64,000 nucleotides of DNA, taken from contig CAMYJD010000006.1 of NCBI GenBank assembly GCA_947258655.1, positions 68,902 through 132,901 of the forward strand. The letters run 5' to 3'. Position numbers and translations under genes: made by a program. The notes beneath the pieces are model-generated. The model was not told where the DNA came from and did not search any database. It saw nothing but the letters and a program-made list of their open reading frames with translations. Each line of letters opens with the position of its first letter. The stretch's first letter is position 1. This document shows, in pieces, positions 45,713 through 53,918 of the stretch. Source of the stretch: an uncultured Gammaproteobacteria bacterium (GTDB lineage Bacteria; Pseudomonadota; Gammaproteobacteria; JAADHQ01).

Positions 45713-46933
45713 ATGCTTGAAGAAACCCTGACATTTATTCTTGCGGGTGGCGCCGGATCAAGACTGCAACCACTGACGTCGGATCGCGCCAAGCCTGCTG
45801 TACCCTTCGGTGGAAAATATCGCATTATCGATTTTACCCTGGCCAACTGCTTGCACTCCGAACTGCGGCGTATTCTCGTGCTGACACAGTACAAATCGCA
45901 TTCATTACAGAAACATCTGCGAGACGGCTGGTCGGTATTCAACCCTGAGCTGGGCGAATATATCACTACCATCCCTGCCCAGATGCGCAGAGGCCTGGGC
46001 TGGTATGATGGTACGGCGGATGCGATTTATCAGAACCTGTATCTGATAGAACGCAGTGGGGCAAAATATGTCCTGATCCTGTCCGGTGACCATATATACC
46101 GTATGGACTATGCACCACTGATCAAGGCGCATGTGGACTCCGGTGCAGCAGCGACTATCGCCTGCATGAATGTCGATCTTGAACAGGCATCCGCATTTGG
46201 GGTGATGGAGATCGATACCAATAATCGCATTGTCGATTTCCAGGAAAAACCGCCGAATCCTGCACCGCTGTCCGATCAGGCAGAGCAGGCGTTGGTATCG
46301 ATGGGTATCTATGTCTTTTCCATGGATATGTTGAAGGAGCTGCTGGAAAAGGATTCCAGTGATGACAAATCCACGCATGATTTTGGTCGGGACATCCTCC
46401 CGGGGCTTATCAGGCAACAGCCGGTATATGCCTATAGCTTCGGTGGCCATGCGGGGCGTGTTTCGCAGGATAACTACTGGAAAGACGTGGGTACGATCGA
46501 TTCCTATTATGAGGCGAATATGGACCTGTTAAAGGCCGTGCCACCACTGAACCTGTATCAGGATGACTGGCAAATCCGCACCTATCAATCACAGACGCCA
46601 CCGGCAAGAACAGTGCCAGGCGAATCAGGGACCGAAGGTATTTTTATTAATTCTATAGTCGCAGGTGGAACGATTATCGCGGGCGGGAATATCTCGCATT
46701 CGATTATATTCAAGAATGTATTCGTTGACGATGATGCATTTGTTGAAAACTCATTGTTGTTTGATGGCGTGCGTATCGGAAAAAACACAAGAATCAATAA
46801 CTGTATTATTGAAAAGCATGTGCATGTCCCTGATGATGAAGTGATTGGCTATGATATTGAGCAGGACCGTCAGCGCTTCAGTGTATCGGATAAGGGTATA
46901 ACGGTGATTCCTAAAGGCTATCGTTTCACCTGA
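45713..46933 (+). CDS. glgC: Glucose-1-phosphate adenylyltransferase (ADP-glucose pyrophosphorylase)
   Basis: [64 protein letters not shown]. Confidence 0.95.
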   Translation: MLEETLTFILAGGAGSRLQPLTSDRAKPAVPFGGKYRIIDFTLANCLHSELRRILVLTQYKSHSLQKHLRDGWSVFNPELGEYITTIPAQMRRGLGWYDGTADAIYQNLYLIERSGAKYVLILSGDHIYRMDYAPLIKAHVDSGAAATIACMNVDLEQASAFGVMEIDTNNRIVDFQEKPPNPAPLSDQAEQALVSMGIYVFSMDMLKELLEKDSSDDKSTHDFGRDILPGLIRQQPVYAYSFGGHAGRVSQDNYWKDVGTIDSYYEANMDLLKAVPPLNLYQDDWQIRTYQSQTPPARTVPGESGTEGIFINSIVAGGTIIAGGNISHSIIFKNVFVDDDAFVENSLLFDGVRIGKNTRINNCIIEKHVHVPDDEVIGYDIEQDRQRFSVSDKGITVIPKGYRFT

Positions 46934-46995
46934 ATCTGATTCTAAGCGCGGCCAACGTAAAGTTGGAGTGCGTGAATCATCAAATGTGTGCATTA

Positions 46996-47080
46996 TGCAC
47001 AACGATTGTGCAGCTTGAGGTCTCTAATCTATAGCGGTCCTGCTAAAACATTGATTTATCGGTCTGGCATGAAACATGCT
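46996..47080 (+). promoter_or_regulatory. NtrC-like site, IHF-like site and sigma54 promoter of the oxidoreductase/cytochrome operon
   Basis: TGCACAACGATTGTGCA (46996-47012); AATCAATGTTTTA on the minus strand (~47044-47056); CTGGCATGAAACATGCT (47064-47080). Confidence 0.78.
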
Positions 47081-47085
47081 AAATG

Positions 47086-47200
47086 TTACCCGTGACCAAA
47101 GGCGGTCACGGTAATTTTAAAACTTCGGGACATTGATCCCGATCGAGGCAAAGGCGCCCATTGTGAGTCAATTTATTGGTTCATGAGAGGGCGTTTTTTT
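47086..47200 (+). promoter_or_regulatory. ANTAR (NasT) multi-hairpin attenuator with terminator
   Basis: CCGUGACC-AAAGGC-GGUCACGG, UCGGGA-CAUUGA-UCCCGA and GGC-AAAGGC-GCC; the last overlaps terminator GGCGCCC...GGGCGUUUUUUU. Confidence 0.85.
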
Positions 47201-47214
47201 ATGAGTACAGGTAC

Positions 47215-49197
47215 ATGACTGCCGAAGTATTGAAGCAAGAGCAACAGTATGCACGCAAGTCCTTCGATATTATCGTCGTTGGCATGGGCCCTGTCGGGCT
47301 GCATTTTCTCCAGAAACTGATGGGTATGGATGCCGCGCTCGGTATCGCGGTCTTCGGTGACGAGCCGTGGCAACCCTACAACCGGGTAAAACTGTCTTCA
47401 TTGTTATCAGGAGATATCAGGGAAGAATCCTTATACGAAGCCAATGCGATTCTGGATAATGCGTCCGTATATCCTTTTTATAATAACCGGATTGTATCAA
47501 TCGATCGTTATGCCCATGAGGTCGTAGACAGTCAGGGCCAGAGATATGCATATGGCAAGCTTGTGCTGGCGACAGGTTCGAGTGCGCATATACCGGTTAT
47601 AGAGGGTGTGCAGCTGAACAATGTATTCCGCTTCCGTGACCTTCATGACGTAATGTCGCTGATGGGTAGAAGCGTGATGACGCGTACAACCGTCGTTATC
47701 GGCGGCGGCCTGCTCGGCCTGGAAGCAGCCAGGTCCATGCAGCGTTTCAATACCGATGTGCATGTCGTTGAACACGATATGTGGTTGATGTTCAAACAAC
47801 TGGATGACACAGCGGGCGCTTGTTTGCAGGAGCATATAGAGACTACCGGGATCAAGGTGCATACCAGTCAGCATGTTAAGAAAATCATCGGTGACGACAG
47901 AGTGACGGGTGTACAACTGGCAAATAATGAGACCATCGAATGCGATACGGTCATCCTTGCTACAGGTATTGTAGCCAATGTGCAACTGGCACTCGACTCT
48001 GGTTTGCACATCGGTAAAGGCATAAGGGTAAACGATAATCTGCAAACCAATGACAATGATATCTATGCTATTGGTGAATGCGCAGAGCACGATGAAAAGG
48101 TGTATGGCCTGGTCGGGCCTGGCTATGAGCAGGCTGCGGTTCTGGCGCATCATATTGAAGGCAGGAAGAGTGTTTATAAGGGTTCTGTCTCTGCGGCAAA
48201 ATTGAAGGTGGTAGGCTTGCCGGTATTTAGCGCCGGGGAAGTCGAGCAGGGGGAGAGCCATGTTGATAAGTATGTCTATCAGGATCAAGAGAAAAATATT
48301 TATCGTAAGCTTATTGTCAGAAACGGGCGTCTTCGAGGTGTCGTAGGTGTAGGCGAATGGCCTGGCATACATCGGTTTCAGGAAGCAATTGCGAAAAAGC
48401 GCCGCGTGTGGCCATGGCAGTCGGGCAGATTTATCGATGAAGGCATTATGTGGAATGATGTGCTGGCGGAAAATGTTATCGACTGGCCGGCATCTGCGAC
48501 GGTATGCAACTGCACCGGTGTAACACGTGGGCAGCTGGATCTGGCGCAAAGTAAAGGGGCAACGACAGTAGCGCAAATCGCGACGATGACATGTGCATCT
48601 ACCGTTTGCGGTTCCTGTAAAAACCTGATTGGCGATTATCTTGGTAGCAGTGCTGCGCCAGAACCGGTAAAGGGCTTCCGGATGCTGTTTATAGCCTCGT
48701 TGCTAGCAACGCTCGCTGCATTGTTGTTTTTTCTGTTTCCTGTTGTCGACTATACGAGCACCTCGCAGGCAGGCTGGTCCATTGATATGTTGTGGCGGGA
48801 CAGCTTTTTCAAGCAGGTGAGCGGATTTACGGTACTCGGCGTCGCCGCCTTTATCTCCGTCATCTCAATCCGTAAGCGGGTGCAGAAGCTTTTCAAGTTA
48901 TGGGAATTTACTTCCTGGCGGATCGTGCATGTCGTGCTCGGTCTGTTGGTGCTGGGTATTCTGTTTTTACATACCGGTTTTCGTATGGGCAATAATCTCA
49001 ATTTTGCCTTGATGTTGACATTCAGCAGCTTGTTGCTGGTGGGCGCAATTGCGGGTGTCGCGATTGCCTATGAGCACAGCTTGCCGAGAAGGCTGGCAAA
49101 ACATGTACGTTCAATCGCTCTGTGGTCGCATATCATTTTATTATGGCCGCTGCCGGCCTTGTTGGGCTTTCATATTCTGAAAACGTATTACTTTTAA
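47215..49197 (+). CDS. NirB-like FAD/NAD(P)H oxidoreductase with BFD-like [2Fe-2S] domain fused to a predicted di-heme-b membrane domain
   Basis: GMGPVG, YNRVKLS, GGGLLGLE, IYAIGECAE, VCNC...TVCGSC; C-terminal hydrophobic helices with H-x13-H pairs; no siroheme domain; start refined to MTAEVL. Confidence 0.8.
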   Translation: MTAEVLKQEQQYARKSFDIIVVGMGPVGLHFLQKLMGMDAALGIAVFGDEPWQPYNRVKLSSLLSGDIREESLYEANAILDNASVYPFYNNRIVSIDRYAHEVVDSQGQRYAYGKLVLATGSSAHIPVIEGVQLNNVFRFRDLHDVMSLMGRSVMTRTTVVIGGGLLGLEAARSMQRFNTDVHVVEHDMWLMFKQLDDTAGACLQEHIETTGIKVHTSQHVKKIIGDDRVTGVQLANNETIECDTVILATGIVANVQLALDSGLHIGKGIRVNDNLQTNDNDIYAIGECAEHDEKVYGLVGPGYEQAAVLAHHIEGRKSVYKGSVSAAKLKVVGLPVFSAGEVEQGESHVDKYVYQDQEKNIYRKLIVRNGRLRGVVGVGEWPGIHRFQEAIAKKRRVWPWQSGRFIDEGIMWNDVLAENVIDWPASATVCNCTGVTRGQLDLAQSKGATTVAQIATMTCASTVCGSCKNLIGDYLGSSAAPEPVKGFRMLFIASLLATLAALLFFLFPVVDYTSTSQAGWSIDMLWRDSFFKQVSGFTVLGVAAFISVISIRKRVQKLFKLWEFTSWRIVHVVLGLLVLGILFLHTGFRMGNNLNFALMLTFSSLLLVGAIAGVAIAYEHSLPRRLAKHVRSIALWSHIILLWPLPALLGFHILKTYYF

Positions 49198-50588
49198 TGA
49201 AGCATTCAAAACTCTGGCTGCTATGGCTGACAATAATCGTGATATCAGGCGCATATTTAACATACCTGCTTATTGATGGTGAGGATAAAACCATGTTCAT
49301 GCCCGGTGCCATGACAGGTGGGCATCATCAGATAGGTGTTGCCTGTGAAGCCTGTCATACGGATTCATTCACGGATAAGGAAGATATGCAGAAGGCATGT
49401 GAAAGCTGTCATGGCGAGCAGCGCAAGAAACCGTTTGATTCGCATCCGCGCGCGAAATTTACCGATCCTCGTAATGCGGACCGGTTGGAAAATATTGATG
49501 CGTTGCATTGCATCACCTGCCACGTCGAACACAAACCGGAAATAACGCAAAAGACCGGCCTGACACAGCCTGTCGATTTTTGTGTGCATTGTCATCAGGA
49601 TATAGCCGAAGAGCGCCCGAGCCATGCGGGTATGGGCTTCGAGACCTGTGCCAGTGCGGGTTGTCACAACTTTCATAATAATCGTGCCCTGTATACAGAC
49701 TTCCTGGTCAAGCATATGCATGAAGCGGATATGCTCGACAAACAGAAAATGCCGGCACGGGAATTTGCCAGTGTGCTTGAAGATATCGCGACCTATCCGC
49801 ATGACCGTTATCCGGTTGGCAAGCTGGAAGTGAAAGATATGGATGCCCCTGAAGGCATGCAGGTCGCGGATGATATTGTGCATGACTGGGTCACGACGGC
49901 ACATGCCGGTTCGGGTGTAAATTGTACTGCCTGTCATATGGTCAGCGGGGAAGATGATAAAAAGGTATGGGATGACCACCCCGATCATCGTGCCTGTCAG
50001 ACATGTCATGATATTGAAGTGAACCAGTTTATGCAGGGCAAGCATGGCATGCGTCTGAAGTCAGGTCTTTCGCCGATGACGCCCGCTCAGGCCCGCTTGC
50101 CGATGAAGGCAGATTCACATGATACAGAACTGACCTGTAATACATGTCACCAGACACACGCCTACAAACTCGAGACTGCAGCGGTTGAGGCATGCCTCGG
50201 TTGTCATGATGACAAGCATAGCATAGCTTATAAGAATTCCTCGCATTATGAACTCTGGCAAAAGGAAAGCAAAGGTGAATTGCCTGAAGGCAGTGGCGTT
50301 TCGTGTGCCACCTGCCATATGCCGCGCACATCCATCGATGTCAGTGACTGGTTGCGACGCGTGGTCGTGCAACATAACCAGAACGCGACGCTTGTGCCGA
50401 ACGAGAAGATGATTCGACCGGTCTGTCTGAACTGTCACGGCCTTGGCTTCTCGATTGATGCGCTCGCAGATGAAGACCTGGTGCAGCGTAATTTCAAGGG
50501 CAAGCCATCCAAACATATTAACAGTATCGATATGGCGGAACAGGATAATAAAAGGCATTTGGAGGAAACCGGAGGTGAAACATTCTAG
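49197..50588 (+). CDS. Membrane-anchored/exported multiheme cytochrome c (10 CxxCH + 1 CX4CH)
   Basis: TAATG coupling to the upstream gene; N-terminal hydrophobic helix; CEACH, CESCH, CITCH, CVHCH, CASAGCH, CTACH, CQTCH, CNTCH, CLGCH, CATCH, CLNCH. Confidence 0.9.
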   Translation: MKHSKLWLLWLTIIVISGAYLTYLLIDGEDKTMFMPGAMTGGHHQIGVACEACHTDSFTDKEDMQKACESCHGEQRKKPFDSHPRAKFTDPRNADRLENIDALHCITCHVEHKPEITQKTGLTQPVDFCVHCHQDIAEERPSHAGMGFETCASAGCHNFHNNRALYTDFLVKHMHEADMLDKQKMPAREFASVLEDIATYPHDRYPVGKLEVKDMDAPEGMQVADDIVHDWVTTAHAGSGVNCTACHMVSGEDDKKVWDDHPDHRACQTCHDIEVNQFMQGKHGMRLKSGLSPMTPAQARLPMKADSHDTELTCNTCHQTHAYKLETAAVEACLGCHDDKHSIAYKNSSHYELWQKESKGELPEGSGVSCATCHMPRTSIDVSDWLRRVVVQHNQNATLVPNEKMIRPVCLNCHGLGFSIDALADEDLVQRNFKGKPSKHINSIDMAEQDNKRHLEETGGETF

Positions 50589-50660
50589 AACTGACATGGC
50601 TGACAGAGCCGTAACATGAATACAACATAATTTACACATGACTAAACAAGGAGACTTGAA

Positions 50661-51251
50661 ATGAACAAAACCAAACTGGCAGTAAGCATGGGCACGGCAA
50701 TCGCGATAGCCTCTGCGACGACAACACTAAATGCAGCAGGTGACATGGTGCCGGTCAAGGCCATGGCGGATGCATTGCATCTGGTAATGGACTCTGACCG
50801 TACAATCTATACACGCAAGATTGTCAATCGTCTGGTCAAGAAAGACAAGGTCATCAAGGCCAGTGAGCATTTTGAAGATGACAAGGCGCTGGTACTACCC
50901 GCACAAATGTTCCGCTTCGGCGCCGAGCTTGTACAAAAGCGCTCGGAAAAATTACCGGATGTGAATTTCAGTTATTCACTACAGTCGCTGTGGCCGGTGA
51001 ACAGGCAAAATGCACCGAAAACCAAGGCCGAAAAAGACGGCCTGAAGTTTGTCGCGGAAAACAAGGGTAAAAACTACTACACCGAGGAAACACTCGGCGG
51101 CAAGAAGTATTTTACTGCCGTTTATGCCGATACTGGTGTAGCGCCCGTCTGTGTGTCCTGTCATAACAAGCACAAGGACTCCCCGAAGCGTGACTTCAAG
51201 CTGGGCGATGTCATGGGTGGTGTGGTTATCCGTATACCGATTGACGGATAA
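50661..51251 (+). CDS. Tll0287/DUF3365-like periplasmic monoheme c protein
   Basis: Signal peptide; LPAQMFR, SLWPVNRQNAP, C-terminal CVSCH...FKLGDVMGGVVIRIP. Confidence 0.8.
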   Translation: MNKTKLAVSMGTAIAIASATTTLNAAGDMVPVKAMADALHLVMDSDRTIYTRKIVNRLVKKDKVIKASEHFEDDKALVLPAQMFRFGAELVQKRSEKLPDVNFSYSLQSLWPVNRQNAPKTKAEKDGLKFVAENKGKNYYTEETLGGKKYFTAVYADTGVAPVCVSCHNKHKDSPKRDFKLGDVMGGVVIRIPIDG

Positions 51252-51265
51252 TCGGGCATAATGTC

Positions 51266-51655
51266 ATGCGTTTGCCTGCCATAATATTATTTCCGGTGAT
51301 GCTCAGTTGTTGCCTGTCTGCAGTGGCGGATAATGCTGCATATATACACTTCGATGGAGACGCGCTCGCGAGCGGGCGTACGCTGTGGCTGGAAAACTGC
51401 GAGGGATGTCATGGTTATGGTGTGGCAGGCGCGCCAATACCGATGCAGGCAGATGAATGGAAGCAACGGGTGACAAAAGATAGGCAGGTATTATATGGCC
51501 ATGCTATCAACGGGTTTTTCGGACCTGACGACACCATGATGCCGGAAAGGGGGGGTAATCCAGAGCTCAGTGACGAGCAGGTCAAACGGGCAGTGGATTA
51601 CATGGTCGAGCTGGCGACATATTATATCAGGCAACAATCGAATCAATCTAAATGA
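51266..51655 (+). CDS. Cytochrome c5-like class I cytochrome
   Basis: Signal peptide, CEGCH..GVAGAP, HAINGF, MPERGGNPELSDEQVKRAVDYM. Confidence 0.88.
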   Translation: MRLPAIILFPVMLSCCLSAVADNAAYIHFDGDALASGRTLWLENCEGCHGYGVAGAPIPMQADEWKQRVTKDRQVLYGHAINGFFGPDDTMMPERGGNPELSDEQVKRAVDYMVELATYYIRQQSNQSK

Positions 51656-51688
51656 AATGACTAAATATCAAGTAGAGAGGAAATTAGT

Positions 51689-52102
51689 ATGACTCCGGAA
51701 CAAGTGAAACTGGTAAAAGATTCATGGGCCAAGGTGGCCCCGATCGCGGATACCGCCGCGGAACTGTTTTATGGCAAGCTGTTTGAACTGGATCCATCGG
51801 TCAAGCCGATGTTCAAGGGCGATATGACCGAACAGGGCAGGAAGTTGATGGCGATGCTGAACACAGCGGTCAATTCACTCGATAATGTCGAGGCCATAGT
51901 GCCGGCAATTCAGGCCATGGGTAAACGTCATGTCGGCTATGGTGTCAAGGATGAACATTATGATACGGTCGGCGAGGCGCTGATCTGGACCCTGGGTGCA
52001 GGTCTCAAAGACGACTTTACCGATGACACCAAGGAGGCCTGGGTTGCGGTATATACACTGGTATCGACGACCATGAAGGACGCGGCCTCTGAGGCTGCCT
52101 GA
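51689..52102 (+). CDS. Single-domain globin (flavohemoglobin-like globin domain)
   Basis: FY (B10 Tyr), PMF (CD1 Phe), EQGRKL (E7 Gln), GKRHVGYGV (F8 His), HYDTVGEAL. Confidence 0.92.
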   Translation: MTPEQVKLVKDSWAKVAPIADTAAELFYGKLFELDPSVKPMFKGDMTEQGRKLMAMLNTAVNSLDNVEAIVPAIQAMGKRHVGYGVKDEHYDTVGEALIWTLGAGLKDDFTDDTKEAWVAVYTLVSTTMKDAASEAA

Positions 52103-52130
52103 GCAGGTATAAACATCAGTAAAAGGATGT

Positions 52131-52156
52131 AAAACAGCCGGGTGACCGGCTGTTTT
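52131..52156 (+). terminator. Terminator after the globin gene
   Basis: aaaacagccgg-gtga-ccggctgtttt. Confidence 0.8.
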
Positions 52157-52204
52157 GCTTTATGCAATCAGAGCCGAATGGTAGTTACTTTTGTCGAAAA
52201 ATCC

Positions 52205-52385
52205 TGTCATTGCGAGCTTATAGGCCATACCTTTAAATAGTCTAATAACGGTCGCAGCGAAGCAATCTCCCCAATCCCGTATTGGGATATTGCATTGTCT
52301 GATAGAGAATGACTGCTGAAGCAGGTTGCCGCGCTACGACCGCCATATTATTTTTATTGAATGGCCTGTAAGCTCGCAATGATGG
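52205..52385. repeat. Long palindromic REP/RPE-like element (GTCATTGCGAG family)
   Basis: gtcattgcgagcttataggccat ... atggcctgtaagctcgcaatgat outer IR; inner cggtcgcagcgaagcaatct / aggttgccgcgctacgaccg IR. Confidence 0.75.
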
Positions 52386-52526
52386 CAATCTGTTACTCTG
52401 AAAGACATTATCATCTTAAGTAAGTGCCATTCCTATCAGATACTTATTTGCCGGTTTACAGGTTTTTCCATTTTCTGTGTTCTCGTGATATTTTTGCGAC
52501 AACTGTATGGATAGAATGTTTCCGGC

Positions 52527-53078
52527 ATGGACATGGACAATAAACAACAACTGGATGATCTGCTGGCCAGGACCGCGCTCGGGGACCAGTCTGCCTTTGA
52601 CCTGCTCTATCAACATACATCGTCTCTGTTGTACGCGATCGCGTTCAAAATCCTCAAAAAAACCGAATATGCGGAAGAAGCGCTGCAGGAAGCCTATGTC
52701 AGGATCTGGCATAATGCCGGCGAATATAATAGCGAAAAGGGCGCTGTGCTGACATGGATGGGGAGTATTGTGCGCTATCGTTGCCTCGATATGCTCAGAA
52801 AAGTGAAGCCGGAGGAATCCATTCATGGCAAATCCGAGTATATCATTATGGAAGATGAGGATCCCGGGCCGCTCGAACAGGCATTGATGGCCGGTGATGC
52901 GCGAGCCCTGATGGACTGCATTGAGTCACTACAAGAGAAACAACGTAGAAGCATACTGATGGCTTTTTATGAAGGTTTGACCCATGAGCAGTTATCGCGC
53001 TACCTCAGCGTGCCGCTGGGTACGGTGAAGAGCTGGGTGCGGCGCGGGCTCGATAAAATTAGGGAGTGCCTCGGTTAA
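52527..53078 (+). CDS. ECF sigma factor (SigK-like)
   Basis: GDQSAFDLLY, AEEALQEAYVRIW, IVRYRCLD, PLGTVKSWVRRGL. Confidence 0.92.
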   Translation: MDMDNKQQLDDLLARTALGDQSAFDLLYQHTSSLLYAIAFKILKKTEYAEEALQEAYVRIWHNAGEYNSEKGAVLTWMGSIVRYRCLDMLRKVKPEESIHGKSEYIIMEDEDPGPLEQALMAGDARALMDCIESLQEKQRRSILMAFYEGLTHEQLSRYLSVPLGTVKSWVRRGLDKIRECLG

Positions 53079-53764
53079 TGGTCAATGGTGTGGATGACAA
53101 TCGCTATGATCTGGCAGCCGAGTATGTGCTTGGCACATTGCGCGGTAATGCGCGTGTGCAATTCGAGCGTCTGTTACGTGAAGACGCCGAAATGCGTAAA
53201 CGTGTACACGAATGGGAGTCGAGATTGTTTGTGCTCAGTGACGGAATCGAGCCATTAAAACCGCATGCGCGCGTGTGGAAACGTATCCAGGCACGCGTAG
53301 CACCCCGAAGTGATATGCACAAGAGCCGCATTGGCTGGTGGCGGGCGTGGGCCCTGGCTGCCAGTGTCATGCTGGTTGTGCTCAGTGTCACAACCCTGCA
53401 GTTGCTGCAGCCCGAGGAAGGCTCGGCGCCTGCTGTTGTTGTTCTTAGCGATGAATCCTCCCGTGCCGGCTGGGTAGTGCACGCAGACTATGATAACAAA
53501 CAGCTTATTGCCCAGGCCCTGCAGATCAATGATCCGGGTGAGGGCAAGGCCTTCGAGCTGTGGATGCTGCCCAAGGACGAACCACCGAGATCGCTGGGAT
53601 TGTTGCCATTACAGGGTAAGCAGCACCTGGGCTTGAGTGCAGACAAACTGGCCGTGTTGCAGCGATCGGGCGCATTGGCTGTCAGTGTGGAACCGGCAGG
53701 TGGATCGCCTACCGGCTTGCCTACAGGTCCGGTCCTGTATCAGGGTAAAATATTGGAAATCTAG
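53078..53764 (+). CDS. Anti-sigma factor, RskA family
   Basis: LAAEYVLGTL, TM helix, ELWMLP..PRSLGLL, LAVSVEPAGGSPTGLPTGPV; TAATG coupling to the sigma gene. Confidence 0.9.
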   Translation: MVNGVDDNRYDLAAEYVLGTLRGNARVQFERLLREDAEMRKRVHEWESRLFVLSDGIEPLKPHARVWKRIQARVAPRSDMHKSRIGWWRAWALAASVMLVVLSVTTLQLLQPEEGSAPAVVVLSDESSRAGWVVHADYDNKQLIAQALQINDPGEGKAFELWMLPKDEPPRSLGLLPLQGKQHLGLSADKLAVLQRSGALAVSVEPAGGSPTGLPTGPVLYQGKILEI

Positions 53765-53854
53765 CCTTATCACGTACTTGCGCTTGCCTGCAACAGTATC
53801 TGCCGGATCGCCTGTCCGTGCTCCTGCCTGATTCGAAAAAAATAATAAATTTTT

Positions 53855-53880
53855 GCATCCGCCTTGCGTGCACGCACGTA
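53855..53880 (+). promoter_or_regulatory. Putative ECF-dependent promoter
   Basis: GCATCC-N16-CGTA upstream of the DUF4331-like gene, resembling SigK-group promoters. Confidence 0.5.
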
Positions 53881-53918
53881 TATATCCTCGAACCGATTAA
53901 TTGCTCGAGGAGAAGAGG

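Noticed and set aside
47497-48576. 359-aa ORF on the - strand
   Set aside because: Antisense shadow of the flavoprotein gene; no motifs.
47215-49197. Calling this gene nirB/nasB nitrite reductase
   Set aside because: No siroheme/[4Fe-4S] domain; the C-terminus is a membrane domain, so no gene symbol was assigned.
49197-50588. Calling this gene nrfA or hao
   Set aside because: No CxxCK motif, and 11 heme sites match neither pentaheme NrfA nor octaheme HAO.
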